The notes beneath the pieces were generated by a model. The model worked only from the letters and a program-made list of their open reading frames with translations. It had not been told where the DNA came from and did not search any database. Positions 6,281 through 14,991 of a DNA stretch of 18,307 bases are shown here, piece by piece (position 1 is the first letter of the stretch; each line of letters begins with the position of its first letter). The DNA is from Acidobacteriota bacterium. Lineage in GTDB: Bacteria > Acidobacteriota > Thermoanaerobaculia > Multivoradales > UBA5704. The translations under genes were made by a program, and so were the position numbers. The stretch is taken from contig JBDTZG010000087.1 in assembly GCA_040005235.1 (NCBI GenBank), positions 1-18,307 of the forward strand, read 5' to 3'.

Positions 6281-8064
6281 GGGGAGGTTCTCGTCGCCGC
6301 CCGTTCGATCACCACGTCTCCGAGCACCAGGCGGTCCATCTTGGTGCGGAGGAAACAGTCGAGCGCCTCTTCCGGCCGGTTGACGATCGGCTCGTTCTCG
6401 TTGAACGAGGTGTTGACCACGATCGGCACTCCGGTCAGCTTCTCGAACGCCGAGATCAGCCGCCAATAGCGCGGGTTCGCGCGCTCCGAGACGGTTTGCA
6501 GTCGGCCGGTGCCGTCGACGTGGGTGACCGCGGGGATCAGCGGGCGCTTTTCGGGCCGGATCGGATAGACCTTGATCATGAACGGATCGGGGTAGTCGAG
6601 GGTGAACCATTCCCCCGTTCGCTCGGCGAGGATCGAAGGCGCGAACGGTCGGAACGATTCGCGCCGCTTGATCTTCAAGTTCAGGATGTCCTTCATGTCA
6701 GCCCGGCGCGGGTCGGCGAGGATCGAACGGTTGCCGAGCGCGCGCGGCCCCCATTCGGAGCGGCCCTGGTACCAACCGAGCACCTCGCCGCGCGCGATCG
6801 CGGCGGCGGTCTCGGCGCACAAGCGCTCCTCGTCGCCGAGGGTTTCGATCGTCAGATCGCCGTGCGCGGTCGTGAACCGGCCGTCCCGGCCGGCCGACTC
6901 CGGAATGCGCGCGGCGATCGCGGCACGGATCTCCGCCAGACCATATTGCGGCCCCCAGGCGCTGTGCTCCATGACGAAACCGCGCGGCTGGTTCAGCTCG
7001 GCGTGGGCGACGTAGAGCGCGGCGCCGAGAGAGGTACCGGCGTCGCCCGCGGCGGATTGGATGAACACGTCCGTGACGTCGGTCCGGTCGAACAGCTTGC
7101 CGTTCGCGAGAGAGTTCATCGCGCAGCCGCCCGCGAGCGCGAGGCGCTTCATCCCGGTTTTCTTGAGCAGAGTGTTCACCAGGGCGAAGAACCGCTCCTC
7201 GTAGACCGCCTGAAGCGATGCCGCGAGATCCTTGTAGGGCTGCGAGAGCTCTTGATCCGGCCGGCGCGCCGGGCCCAGCAGAGACTCCAACGCCGGGGTG
7301 TAGATCAACCCCAGACGCGGCGGCCCGTCGTCCCAGGTCATCTCGACCCCTTCGGAAAGATGCCGGAAGTAGCGCAGGTCGAGCCGGAACGTGCCGTCGG
7401 AGCGGGCGGGAACCACCTGACGCAGCTCGGAGACGAACCGCGGCTCGCCGTAAGCCGCCAGCCCCATCACCTTGTACTCGTCGCCGAAGCCCAAGAAACC
7501 GCAGAACTGGGTGATCGCGGAGTAGAACAGCCCGAGCGAATGCGGAAAATGAACCCGGTCCAGCACCTCGATCCGGTTGCCTCGGCCGACCGCCATCATC
7601 GTCGAGACGAAATCGCCGAAGCCGTCGACGGTCAGGCAGGCTGCATCCTCGAACGGCGAGCAGTAGAACGCCGAGGCGACGTGCGCCAGGTGATGCTCGA
7701 CCTCGTGGAGGCGTGGGGCCGCAATCCCGAAGGTGCGGGCGACCCGCTCCTCCAAAGTGCCGATCTGGGTCAGATTCTTCACCCGCGACAATGCGCGCGG
7801 CAGGCTTCGAGGGTGGGTGAGCGCGAGTAGCGCCTTTTGCCACAGGTAGGCACGCGGCTTTCTCGCCACAGCGAGCGCCGTGACGGTTCCCAGATCTCCT
7901 CCCAGCTCGTCGAGACAGAAGCGGAGCGCCTGTTCGGGATAGCCCGCCCAGTGCTTGATCCTGCGGAATCGCTCTTCTTCCACGCCCGCCACGAAACGGC
8001 CGTCCTCGACCGCGGCGGCCGAGGCGTCGGCGTGGAATACGGAAAGCCCCAGGATGCGGCTCAT
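6277..8064 (-). CDS. O-carbamoyltransferase, NodU/CmcH/NolO family, ~595 aa
   Basis: MSRILGLS..HADASAA, EEERFRRIKH, HHLAH, DGFGD, EYKVMGLAAYG, LAGGCAMN, GDAG, EWGPRALGNRS, KRRESFRPFAP, HVDGTGRLQT, NTSFN, i.e. Kae1-like plus YrdC-like domains. Start corrected to ATG 8064 (ATGA overlap, GGAGG upstream). Confidence 0.96.
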   Translation of the reverse strand: MSRILGLSVFHADASAAAVEDGRFVAGVEEERFRRIKHWAGYPEQALRFCLDELGGDLGTVTALAVARKPRAYLWQKALLALTHPRSLPRALSRVKNLTQIGTLEERVARTFGIAAPRLHEVEHHLAHVASAFYCSPFEDAACLTVDGFGDFVSTMMAVGRGNRIEVLDRVHFPHSLGLFYSAITQFCGFLGFGDEYKVMGLAAYGEPRFVSELRQVVPARSDGTFRLDLRYFRHLSEGVEMTWDDGPPRLGLIYTPALESLLGPARRPDQELSQPYKDLAASLQAVYEERFFALVNTLLKKTGMKRLALAGGCAMNSLANGKLFDRTDVTDVFIQSAAGDAGTSLGAALYVAHAELNQPRGFVMEHSAWGPQYGLAEIRAAIAARIPESAGRDGRFTTAHGDLTIETLGDEERLCAETAAAIARGEVLGWYQGRSEWGPRALGNRSILADPRRADMKDILNLKIKRRESFRPFAPSILAERTGEWFTLDYPDPFMIKVYPIRPEKRPLIPAVTHVDGTGRLQTVSERANPRYWRLISAFEKLTGVPIVVNTSFNENEPIVNRPEEALDCFLRTKMDRLVLGDVVIERAATRTSP

Positions 8065-8945
8065 GCGACGTCCGCCTTCGACTTCTTTTCTCCGGCCTCG
8101 CGCAGCAACTCGGCGAGCCGGACATCGACCACCAAGCGAAACCAGAACGCCTGGAGGAAATGAAACAGCGTGCCCACCGCGCCGTCGAGGAAGCCGAACA
8201 GAAAGAAATACCGATAGGCAAAATAGAGGGCGGGGCGCACGAACAGCGGCATCCGGTACCAACGGCTCTTCATCCAGAGAATCCGCTCGTCCGGGGTTCC
8301 GAACAGCCGCGGCGTGGCTTTCCAGGGGGTGCCCTGGGTCCGCCGCTCGAATTCTTCGCGCGCGAAGGCTTCGGCATAGCGCAGGTGCTTTTCGAGATAG
8401 AACAGGATCGCGTCCTCTTTCTTGTTCCACTCTTCGAGCGGCTCCTTGAGCTTGGCCGTGGCGCCGCGCACGTAGACTCGCGTGTCCTGCTCGACCGGAT
8501 CGAGTTCGGAGCGGCTGCGGCGAAACAGCTTCAACAGGTACTTGGCTCCGTACCCCCCGTGTTCGATCGGATGGCCACGGAAGATCTGACGGCGGCGGAT
8601 GTAGAACCCCGATTCGGGCGTCTCGGGACGCGCGAGGACGCTCGCGATCTCCTGTCGCAGCGTCTCGGGCAGCGCCTGGTCGGCTTCCAGGATCAGCACC
8701 CACTCGTTCTTGATCGGCAGGTGGTCCAGACCCCACTGGAAGATCCACGGGATGATCCGGCCATGCTCGTAGGCCAGATCGATCACGTCGTCCGCATAGC
8801 GGCGGGCGATCTCCTTCGTCCGGTCGCGGCTCTCGGAATCGAGCACAAAAATCTGATCGGCGAAGCCATGAACCGAGGCGAGCGTGCGCTCGATGTTCAT
8901 TTCTTCGTCGCGCGTGGTGACGAGGACGGTGAGGGGGATTTTCAT
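8061..8945 (-). CDS. Glycosyltransferase family 2 (beta-glucosyltransferase WaaE/LgtF-like), ~294 aa
   Basis: LTVLVTTRDEEMNIERTLAS, VLDSESRDRT, WVLILEADQ, C-terminal RYFFLFGFLDG..G..FHFLQAFWFR. ATG 8945 lies in an ATGA overlap. Confidence 0.9.
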   Translation of the reverse strand: MKIPLTVLVTTRDEEMNIERTLASVHGFADQIFVLDSESRDRTKEIARRYADDVIDLAYEHGRIIPWIFQWGLDHLPIKNEWVLILEADQALPETLRQEIASVLARPETPESGFYIRRRQIFRGHPIEHGGYGAKYLLKLFRRSRSELDPVEQDTRVYVRGATAKLKEPLEEWNKKEDAILFYLEKHLRYAEAFAREEFERRTQGTPWKATPRLFGTPDERILWMKSRWYRMPLFVRPALYFAYRYFFLFGFLDGAVGTLFHFLQAFWFRLVVDVRLAELLREAGEKKSKADVA

Positions 8946-10105
8946 GGCGACAATCGGTCGATGGTAGCGTGAAACCCCGAGGCCGCGGCGAGCAGATGGC
9001 GCCAGGTCGCGGCGTAGTCCCAGCGGGCGAGGATCTCGCGGTTCGCGGTATCGACCGCGGCGGGCGGAATTGCGAGCGCGGCGACAAGCGCGCGGCCGAG
9101 CCCTTCGAAGTCGCCGGCAGGATAGCGAAAGCCGTTCCTGCCCGGTGCGATCAGGTCGCGCCCCGCGCCCACCCGCTCCGAGGCGATCACCGGCAGGCCG
9201 CAGGCGAGGGCCTCCTGGACCGAGACTCCCCAACGTTCCTCCGCCGCGGGGTGGACGAACAGGTCGGCCGCGCCGTAGAGCACGGGCAGATCCGGGTAAG
9301 GTACGTATCCCGGAAAGACGATCCGCTCCGCCAGGTTGAGCATTCGGGCTTCGGCCTCCAGGGCGGAGCGCTCTGGACCGTCACCGGCGAGGACCAGCAC
9401 GGCACCCGGATCGATCGCCGCCAGGTGGGGGAAGGCGCGAAGCAGATCCCACGGCGCCTCGCGCGGGCCGAACTTCGCGAGCGAGAGGACGATGCGCGCG
9501 TCGGCCGGGATCTTCAAGCTTGCCCGATGGGCGGCTCGTTCCTCGGGCGATAGGCGCGAGTGCCTCCGGAAGCCCTCGACGTCGATGGCATAGGGGAAAA
9601 GACCGCGCCGCTCCTCTCGAATGCCCTGCGCGGCGAGGAAGTCGAGCGTCCCGGTGCCGACGCCCAGAAAGAGATTGAACAGGCGCGGCAGGACCGTGCG
9701 ATAGAGGATGCGCTTGACCAGAGTCCGTTTCGAGCTTTCCCCGGCGAACGCGACCGAATCGAGGCGCAAGGCGGTGGCGATGCCGCTCCGGCGCGATTGG
9801 ATCGCCGCGCGGAGGTAAGCGCCTTGGGTGTAGCCGTTGACGATCGCGAGGTCGAAGCGCCCCGGGGCCAGCTCATGGGAAAGCCACCGTCCGCGCCCCG
9901 AAGGGGGCAGCGCCGCCCAATCGTAACCGCCCACCAGATCGAAGCCCCAATCGACCGGGCGCGACAGCTCCGGGTCGTAGGCCGGCTCCGACGGATTGCC
10001 CCCGGTATAGATCACCCGCAGGGAGTGCTCGGGGTCGAGCGCGGCGAAACGGTACAACGGCACCTCGAACTGTGTCGGGCGTTCGACGAAGAAGACGATC
10101 TTCAT
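8942..10105 (-). CDS. Glycosyltransferase family 4 (GT-B), ~387 aa
   Basis: PYAIDV, LVLAGDGPER, FPGYV, YGAADLFVHPAAEERWGVSVQEALACGLPVI (E-x7-E). ATG 10105 lies in an ATGA overlap. Confidence 0.92.
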   Translation of the reverse strand: MKIVFFVERPTQFEVPLYRFAALDPEHSLRVIYTGGNPSEPAYDPELSRPVDWGFDLVGGYDWAALPPSGRGRWLSHELAPGRFDLAIVNGYTQGAYLRAAIQSRRSGIATALRLDSVAFAGESSKRTLVKRILYRTVLPRLFNLFLGVGTGTLDFLAAQGIREERRGLFPYAIDVEGFRRHSRLSPEERAAHRASLKIPADARIVLSLAKFGPREAPWDLLRAFPHLAAIDPGAVLVLAGDGPERSALEAEARMLNLAERIVFPGYVPYPDLPVLYGAADLFVHPAAEERWGVSVQEALACGLPVIASERVGAGRDLIAPGRNGFRYPAGDFEGLGRALVAALAIPPAAVDTANREILARWDYAATWRHLLAAASGFHATIDRLSP

Positions 10106-11283
10106 CGCGGAGCCCTGCTCCTGGCCGTCGCGATCTCGCGGTAGACCGCCTCCATCCGCTCGGCGAGCCCCGGCCAGCCGTAGCGCTCCTGGGCGGCAGC
10201 TTGTCCTCGTCGGCCCATCTCGTCGAGCGCAGGACGATCGGCGAGCAGCTCGCGGAGCGCGTTTCCGAGCGATTCCGGATCGCCCGGGCTGACGCGCCCG
10301 CAACCCACCTCGGCGACCAGGAGCGCGAGGCCAACGCCGGGGGTGGTGAGCACCGGCCGCCCGGCGGCCATCGCTTCAAGCAGCGAATTGCCGAAGTTTT
10401 CAGACGTCGAGGGCATCGCGAGTAGGGCGCAACGGGTGAGCAGCGCGGCCTTGTCCGCGCCATCGACCGGCCCGAGGAACCGCACCCGCTCTCCGACTCC
10501 TCCCTCTGCGGCCAGCCGTTCGAGCCGCGGCGTGAGCCCCTCCTCGTCGTTGCCGGCGATCGCGAGGCGGGCTCTGGGTACGTTGGCCAAGGCCTCGATC
10601 AGCCGGTCGAGCCCCTTTTTCCAATTGACCCGTCCGAGCGCCAGGACGAACGGCTCAGGGGACGAAACCAGGTCGCGCACCGCCGGTGCGAGCGCCTCGA
10701 GGTCGCCCGACCAGGGTTCCGCCTCCACACCGTTCGGCACCACGAAAACCGAGGGCAGGCGGAGCCCGAGCCGCCTGGCGTCGCGCGCCTCGATCTCGGT
10801 CGTGGCATGGAAGCCTGCCGCCCGCTCGATCGTCCGCCGTTCGAACAGGCGAAGCCAGAGCGTTTTCCTCCACCGGCCGCGCGCCGCGATCAGCTCGGGC
10901 ACCAGCATGCCGCGCGGCGCCACCATCCACGGGACCCCGGCCTTCTCGGCAACCCGCGCCGCGGCGAGCGTCGGCCAGAGGAACACCGAGTGAAGATGGA
11001 CGACGTCGAAGCGGCTCAACTCGGCGAACGCCGCGCGCATCGCCGGAGCGTAGGCGAGCCTGCGCAGCGACCGGACGGGAAAGTAGCGCACCGAAACGCC
11101 GTCGAGATCGACCGGCACCCCGAGCGGCACGTCGAGCCGGCCCGGTCCATGAAGATCGGTGGTGAACACCTCGACCGCATGTCCGCGAGCGGCGAGCGAC
11201 CGGGTGAGCCCATGAACCGCGCGGATCGGACCGCCGTGCCGCCAGGCCGGCAGGTAGGTCGGAACGACGTGAAGCAGCCTCAC
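10102..11283 (-). CDS. Glycosyltransferase family 4 (GT-B), ~393 aa
   Basis: RLLHVVPTYLPAWRHGGP, VVPNGV, LGRVNWKKGLD, PSTSENFGNSLLEAMAAGRPV. GTG 11283 lies in a GTGA overlap with AAAGGAG RBS. Confidence 0.93.
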   Translation of the reverse strand: MRLLHVVPTYLPAWRHGGPIRAVHGLTRSLAARGHAVEVFTTDLHGPGRLDVPLGVPVDLDGVSVRYFPVRSLRRLAYAPAMRAAFAELSRFDVVHLHSVFLWPTLAAARVAEKAGVPWMVAPRGMLVPELIAARGRWRKTLWLRLFERRTIERAAGFHATTEIEARDARRLGLRLPSVFVVPNGVEAEPWSGDLEALAPAVRDLVSSPEPFVLALGRVNWKKGLDRLIEALANVPRARLAIAGNDEEGLTPRLERLAAEGGVGERVRFLGPVDGADKAALLTRCALLAMPSTSENFGNSLLEAMAAGRPVLTTPGVGLALLVAEVGCGRVSPGDPESLGNALRELLADRPALDEMGRRGQAAAQERYGWPGLAERMEAVYREIATARSRAPR

Positions 11284-12500
11284 GCCGCTCCTTTCCCAGG
11301 TATCGCGAGCAACTCGCGGGCGAGCGTGGCAAAGCGGTCGCGATACGCAGCCCAGGTGGCGCCCTGAACGGACGCCCGGCAATGCGGACGCATCGCGCGC
11401 AGCAGGGCGGGGCCGTCGGGTGATTGCGCCAGGGCGAGTAGCCGGGCCGAGAGCGCCTCGACATCTCCCGCTGGGACCACCCAGCCGTTCTCGCCCGGGG
11501 TGACCAGCTCGGCCGCTCCCACCATGTTGGAGACCACCACCGGCAGCCCGGCCGCGAGCGCCTCGGCGACCACCATGCCGTAGGAGTCGTTGCGCGAGGG
11601 GAGCACCAGGCAATCGGCACGGCTCATCTCGGCCGCCAGCTCAGCCTGGTCGATCGGGCCGACGAAGGTGATCGCGTCCCGGGCCGCTTCGCCGCCGCGC
11701 GGACCGACGATCCGCAGAGTGGCCGTGGGTTCGGCCTCGACGACCCGCGCGAACGCTTCGAGCAGCAGGTCGAAGCCCTTCCTCACGATCGGTGCCCCGG
11801 CGAACAGGAAGAGGGTTCCCGAGCCGCGCGCGGGCTCCTCGGGCGGTGGCGCGAACAGGTCGAGATCCGCGCCCAGCGACACCGCGTGGACGCAAGCGGG
11901 ATCGATTCCTGCCTCGACGTACGTCGTCCGCGCCAGCTCCGACACCGTGACGATCGCATCGGCAAGCTCGATCTCGCGGTCCTTGATCGCCGCGATCCGT
12001 GCGTGGAGGCCGGGGGCATCGGTCGTCCCGTGAAGCCGATCCTGTACCTGTCGATGGATCGAGGGGGCGTCGAGCCAGGTCCGGATGCCGAGCCGCCGCG
12101 CGACCGCAAAGGTCGTCCGCGCCGAGATCTCGCAGGCGAGCACGGCGGCGGGGCGCTCGCTTTCCGGCATTCGCGCGAGCCGCCGGGCCACCCACCGGTC
12201 GAAGATTCGGCAGGCGGCGAAATCGATCTCCGCCGCGAGCCCTCGCGGCAGGCGATGGGCGATCTGGCGCAACAGCGGGGCGGTCGGCGTCCAGCGGGTC
12301 TGGTCCGGTGGGAGCGCCACGGCTGCGTAGCGGATCCACCTGCGCCAGAGCGACCGGGGGACGAACCGTCCATGCTCGGCGCTCGACGGCACTCCCGACC
12401 AATAGCCGGCGAGGAGCCCTGCCGCTTCGAGCGCCAGCGCCGCTTGGTGGGAATGCTGGCGGCCGGGATGGGTGACGAGGACTCTCAACCGGGTGCTCAC
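11280..12500 (-). CDS. Glycosyltransferase family 4 (GT-B), ~406 aa
   Basis: VLVTHPGRQHS, FAGAPIVRKGFDLLLEAF, VLPSRNDSYGMVVAEALAAGLPVV. Start corrected to GTG 12500 (GTGA overlap). Confidence 0.9.
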   Translation of the reverse strand: MSTRLRVLVTHPGRQHSHQAALALEAAGLLAGYWSGVPSSAEHGRFVPRSLWRRWIRYAAVALPPDQTRWTPTAPLLRQIAHRLPRGLAAEIDFAACRIFDRWVARRLARMPESERPAAVLACEISARTTFAVARRLGIRTWLDAPSIHRQVQDRLHGTTDAPGLHARIAAIKDREIELADAIVTVSELARTTYVEAGIDPACVHAVSLGADLDLFAPPPEEPARGSGTLFLFAGAPIVRKGFDLLLEAFARVVEAEPTATLRIVGPRGGEAARDAITFVGPIDQAELAAEMSRADCLVLPSRNDSYGMVVAEALAAGLPVVVSNMVGAAELVTPGENGWVVPAGDVEALSARLLALAQSPDGPALLRAMRPHCRASVQGATWAAYRDRFATLARELLAIPGKGAA

Positions 12501-13954
12501 CGGAGTCTGCGCGAGGCCGGAGGTGCGAAAGCGGGGGCGCCGAGCGGGCCACGGGCGGTCCCGGTGCGCACCGTGCCGGCGAGCGACACCGGGCGGGGTT
12601 GGGCCGCGAAGGCGGCCAGTACCGCCTGCCGATCGAGCGCCACGACCGTCGTCAACAGGCCGGCGAAGAACCAATAGTAGAGACCGGACGTGACCTCGAA
12701 GACGATCGTTCCGGTCAACTGGGCGATGAAGAACAGAAGGCAGCCCACCGCGACCGAACGGTGGAACAAGGTGCGCAACGCCAAGACCTGACGCAGTGCG
12801 TAGGCGACCAGAATCAGGCGCACCATGTAGGTGAGCAGAAAGCCGAGCGGGCCGAGCTCCAGCATGACCCGGCCGCTCTCGACCTCGGTGTTCGGTCCAT
12901 CGAGCCAGTAGAACGGCTGCGGACCCTGAATAATCGCGGTCGCCATCTGGTGGGTGGCGCCGATTCCGTAGCCGAACAGGCCGGCGCGATCCAGGATCAA
13001 GAAGGGGGCGGTGAACGGCACCAGGAGACGCTCGCCCGTGTCGGTCGTGCCGCTCGCGCGATCGCGCCAAGCCGCGATCGCATCGGTGCCGAAGTAACCG
13101 GCAATCCCACCCACGAAAAGCAAGGCCACCACCAGACGACCCGTGGTGGCGCCGCTTCCTCTTTCGCGCACGATGGCGAGCCAGCCGTAGATCGGCATGA
13201 GCACGATCAGCACCGCGATCGGGCCTCGCGATCCGCTCATCATCATCCCGAGCAAGGTGAGCCCCAGGGCGGAGAACAGCCAGAGATTTCTCCGCATCCG
13301 CCAACGCTCCGCACCGAGCAGTGCGAGCAACAGGGCGACGTTCGCGAACAGGTATGAGGTGAACCCGGTGATGTAGGCGAAAGTCGCGGTGACCCGTACC
13401 CGCGACGAGGTTCCGAAAGTCGTGATGTCGCTCGCCTCGGTCCCGGCGCGGGCATAGGTGTTCAAGACGCTCGACGAGGGCGCGACGAATTGGGCCGCCG
13501 CGAGCAACCCGACGGGAATCGCGATAAGGCCATAGAGACGCAGAAACCGGGCGAGCTCCGCGTCCGAGGAGAACGCTGCGGGTAAGACCCAGTACAGGGG
13601 AACATAGAAGAAGTAGGCCTTGAAGCCGAGCACGCCGATCAGCAGGCTCGGCAGATGGGGATTGAAAATCTCCAGAGCGCCGAACAGAGCGCCGGCACCC
13701 AGCACGCCGAACAAGATCTGGAGTTGCGGCGGACGGAACCCCGGCCGATCGCGGCTGAGAAACCCGAGGTAGATCCCAAGAAGCAAGAGATCCTTGCCGA
13801 AGTAGACGATGTCTTGCGCTCCGGGGAAGATCCACTTGCGGATCGCGCCTTCGAGAATCAAGAGCACCATCACCACCTGGACCGCGCGGCGCCAGTTGCG
13901 GAACGACCAGACCGCCGCCGCTCCGGCGAGCAGCAGGACCAGAATCCGAATCAT
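12497..13954 (-). CDS. Polytopic membrane protein, probable Wzy polymerase / O-antigen ligase-like, 485 aa
   Basis: About 11-12 hydrophobic segments, EGAIRKW, RVTATF after a loop, SGSRG, and a large loop with GYGIG. This is the Wzy/WaaL-type layout, and the gene sits among GTs. Confidence 0.72.
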   Translation of the reverse strand: MIRILVLLLAGAAAVWSFRNWRRAVQVVMVLLILEGAIRKWIFPGAQDIVYFGKDLLLLGIYLGFLSRDRPGFRPPQLQILFGVLGAGALFGALEIFNPHLPSLLIGVLGFKAYFFYVPLYWVLPAAFSSDAELARFLRLYGLIAIPVGLLAAAQFVAPSSSVLNTYARAGTEASDITTFGTSSRVRVTATFAYITGFTSYLFANVALLLALLGAERWRMRRNLWLFSALGLTLLGMMMSGSRGPIAVLIVLMPIYGWLAIVRERGSGATTGRLVVALLFVGGIAGYFGTDAIAAWRDRASGTTDTGERLLVPFTAPFLILDRAGLFGYGIGATHQMATAIIQGPQPFYWLDGPNTEVESGRVMLELGPLGFLLTYMVRLILVAYALRQVLALRTLFHRSVAVGCLLFFIAQLTGTIVFEVTSGLYYWFFAGLLTTVVALDRQAVLAAFAAQPRPVSLAGTVRTGTARGPLGAPAFAPPASRRLR

Positions 13955-14991
13955 GCCGCCTCCCTGGAGGTGTTCGTCGCCACCCGTTCGAACACCGCGA
14001 GATAGCGCCGGGCGACGCGATCGATCGTGTGCTCCGCCAGATGTTCCGCGGCCCCTTCGAGCAGCCGCTCGCGGGCGTCGGCGGAGCGGAGCAACTCGGC
14101 GAGCAGGCCGGCGAGAGCGCCCGCGTCGCCGTTTGGAAAGGTCCGGCCGCAGGGGCCGATCGCCTCGGGAAGTCCCCCGCGCGACGAGCCGATCACCGCG
14201 CAGCCGCAGGCGATCCCTTCGAGCGCCACGAGACCGAACGGCTCGGCGTAACGCGAGGGAACGACCAGGAAGCGATGCTCGGCGAGGCGGCGGGCGATCT
14301 CGCCGGGCGGTAGGGTACCGGTCAGCTCGATCCGGTGGGTTAGCCCGAGCGCCGCGGCCTGCGCGACCAGGCGAGGGCGCTCCGGGCCGCCGCCGATCAG
14401 CGTAAGGCGCGGGGTGAGTCCCTCGGTTTGCGCGAGGAACGCCAGCGCTTCTAGCAGCAGGTCGAAACCTTTGTCCGAAACGAGGCGGCCGACCGCCACG
14501 AGATCTTTCGTGCGCGGGATCTCCGGATAGGGATGAAAGGTCCCCTCGTCATACGGGTTGGCGATCACGATCGACCGAACCGGATGCAAGTCGTCCGCCA
14601 TCGCCCGACTCACCGCGATCGATGCTGCGGCACGACGTAGCAGACGGCGTTTCAGTCGATCTTGCCAGGCGATCCGGCCGTCGGTGCGGCAGTACCAGCT
14701 GTGATGGGAGACTACCCAAGGACGACGGACGAAGAGCAGCGGCCAGAGGCCGCGGAGGCTTATGCTCGCCTGAAAGAACACATCGTGCTCGCGGACCAGC
14801 CGGAGTAGATCGCGGTGCCCGGGCCGACGGACGACACGGAACGGGTAACGATCCGGCTCGGCCGAAGGGGTGGTGGTGACCACCGTGACCTCGCAACCGA
14901 GCGCCACGAGGCCGGCCGCGACGTTCACCACGGTGTTTTCGAGCCCCCCCACGCTGGGCGGAAAGGCGGGGGAGTAGTGGAGAATTTTCAT
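13951..14991 (-). CDS. Glycosyltransferase family 4 (GT-B), ~346 aa
   Basis: MKILHYSPAFPPSVGGLE, VGRLVSDKGFDLLLEA, VVPSRYAEPFGLVALEGIACG, GGLPEA. ATG 14991 lies in an ATGA overlap. Confidence 0.93.
   Translation of the reverse strand: MKILHYSPAFPPSVGGLENTVVNVAAGLVALGCEVTVVTTTPSAEPDRYPFRVVRRPGHRDLLRLVREHDVFFQASISLRGLWPLLFVRRPWVVSHHSWYCRTDGRIAWQDRLKRRLLRRAAASIAVSRAMADDLHPVRSIVIANPYDEGTFHPYPEIPRTKDLVAVGRLVSDKGFDLLLEALAFLAQTEGLTPRLTLIGGGPERPRLVAQAAALGLTHRIELTGTLPPGEIARRLAEHRFLVVPSRYAEPFGLVALEGIACGCAVIGSSRGGLPEAIGPCGRTFPNGDAGALAGLLAELLRSADARERLLEGAAEHLAEHTIDRVARRYLAVFERVATNTSREAA

Noticed and set aside
1467-8064. Nod-factor or antibiotic biosynthesis cluster
   Set aside because: The tailoring families overlap, but no nodABC, PKS, NRPS or aminocyclitol genes are present. 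The GT4-rich, Wzy-like context indicates a cell-surface or extracellular glycan.
6698-8221. 507-aa alternative-frame minus-strand ORF within the carbamoyltransferase
   Set aside because: An Arg/Gly/Pro-rich translation typical of a shifted frame in GC-rich genes.
6277-9087. Apparent 936-aa fusion ORF, and the similarly over-extended 11280..13835, 14988..17246, 4581..5837 and 5483..6610
   Set aside because: The N-terminal extensions are Arg/Pro-rich off-frame readings of the upstream gene. The true starts coincide with stop/start overlaps and family N-termini.
11562-11588. D-x7-E instead of E-x7-E in a GT4
   Set aside because: A conservative variant known in active GT4 enzymes.
14944-14950. 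G7 run (coding strand) near the 5' end of a GT4 as a phase-variable tract
   Set aside because: It is short, encodes the conserved VGG motif and is expected by chance at this GC content.
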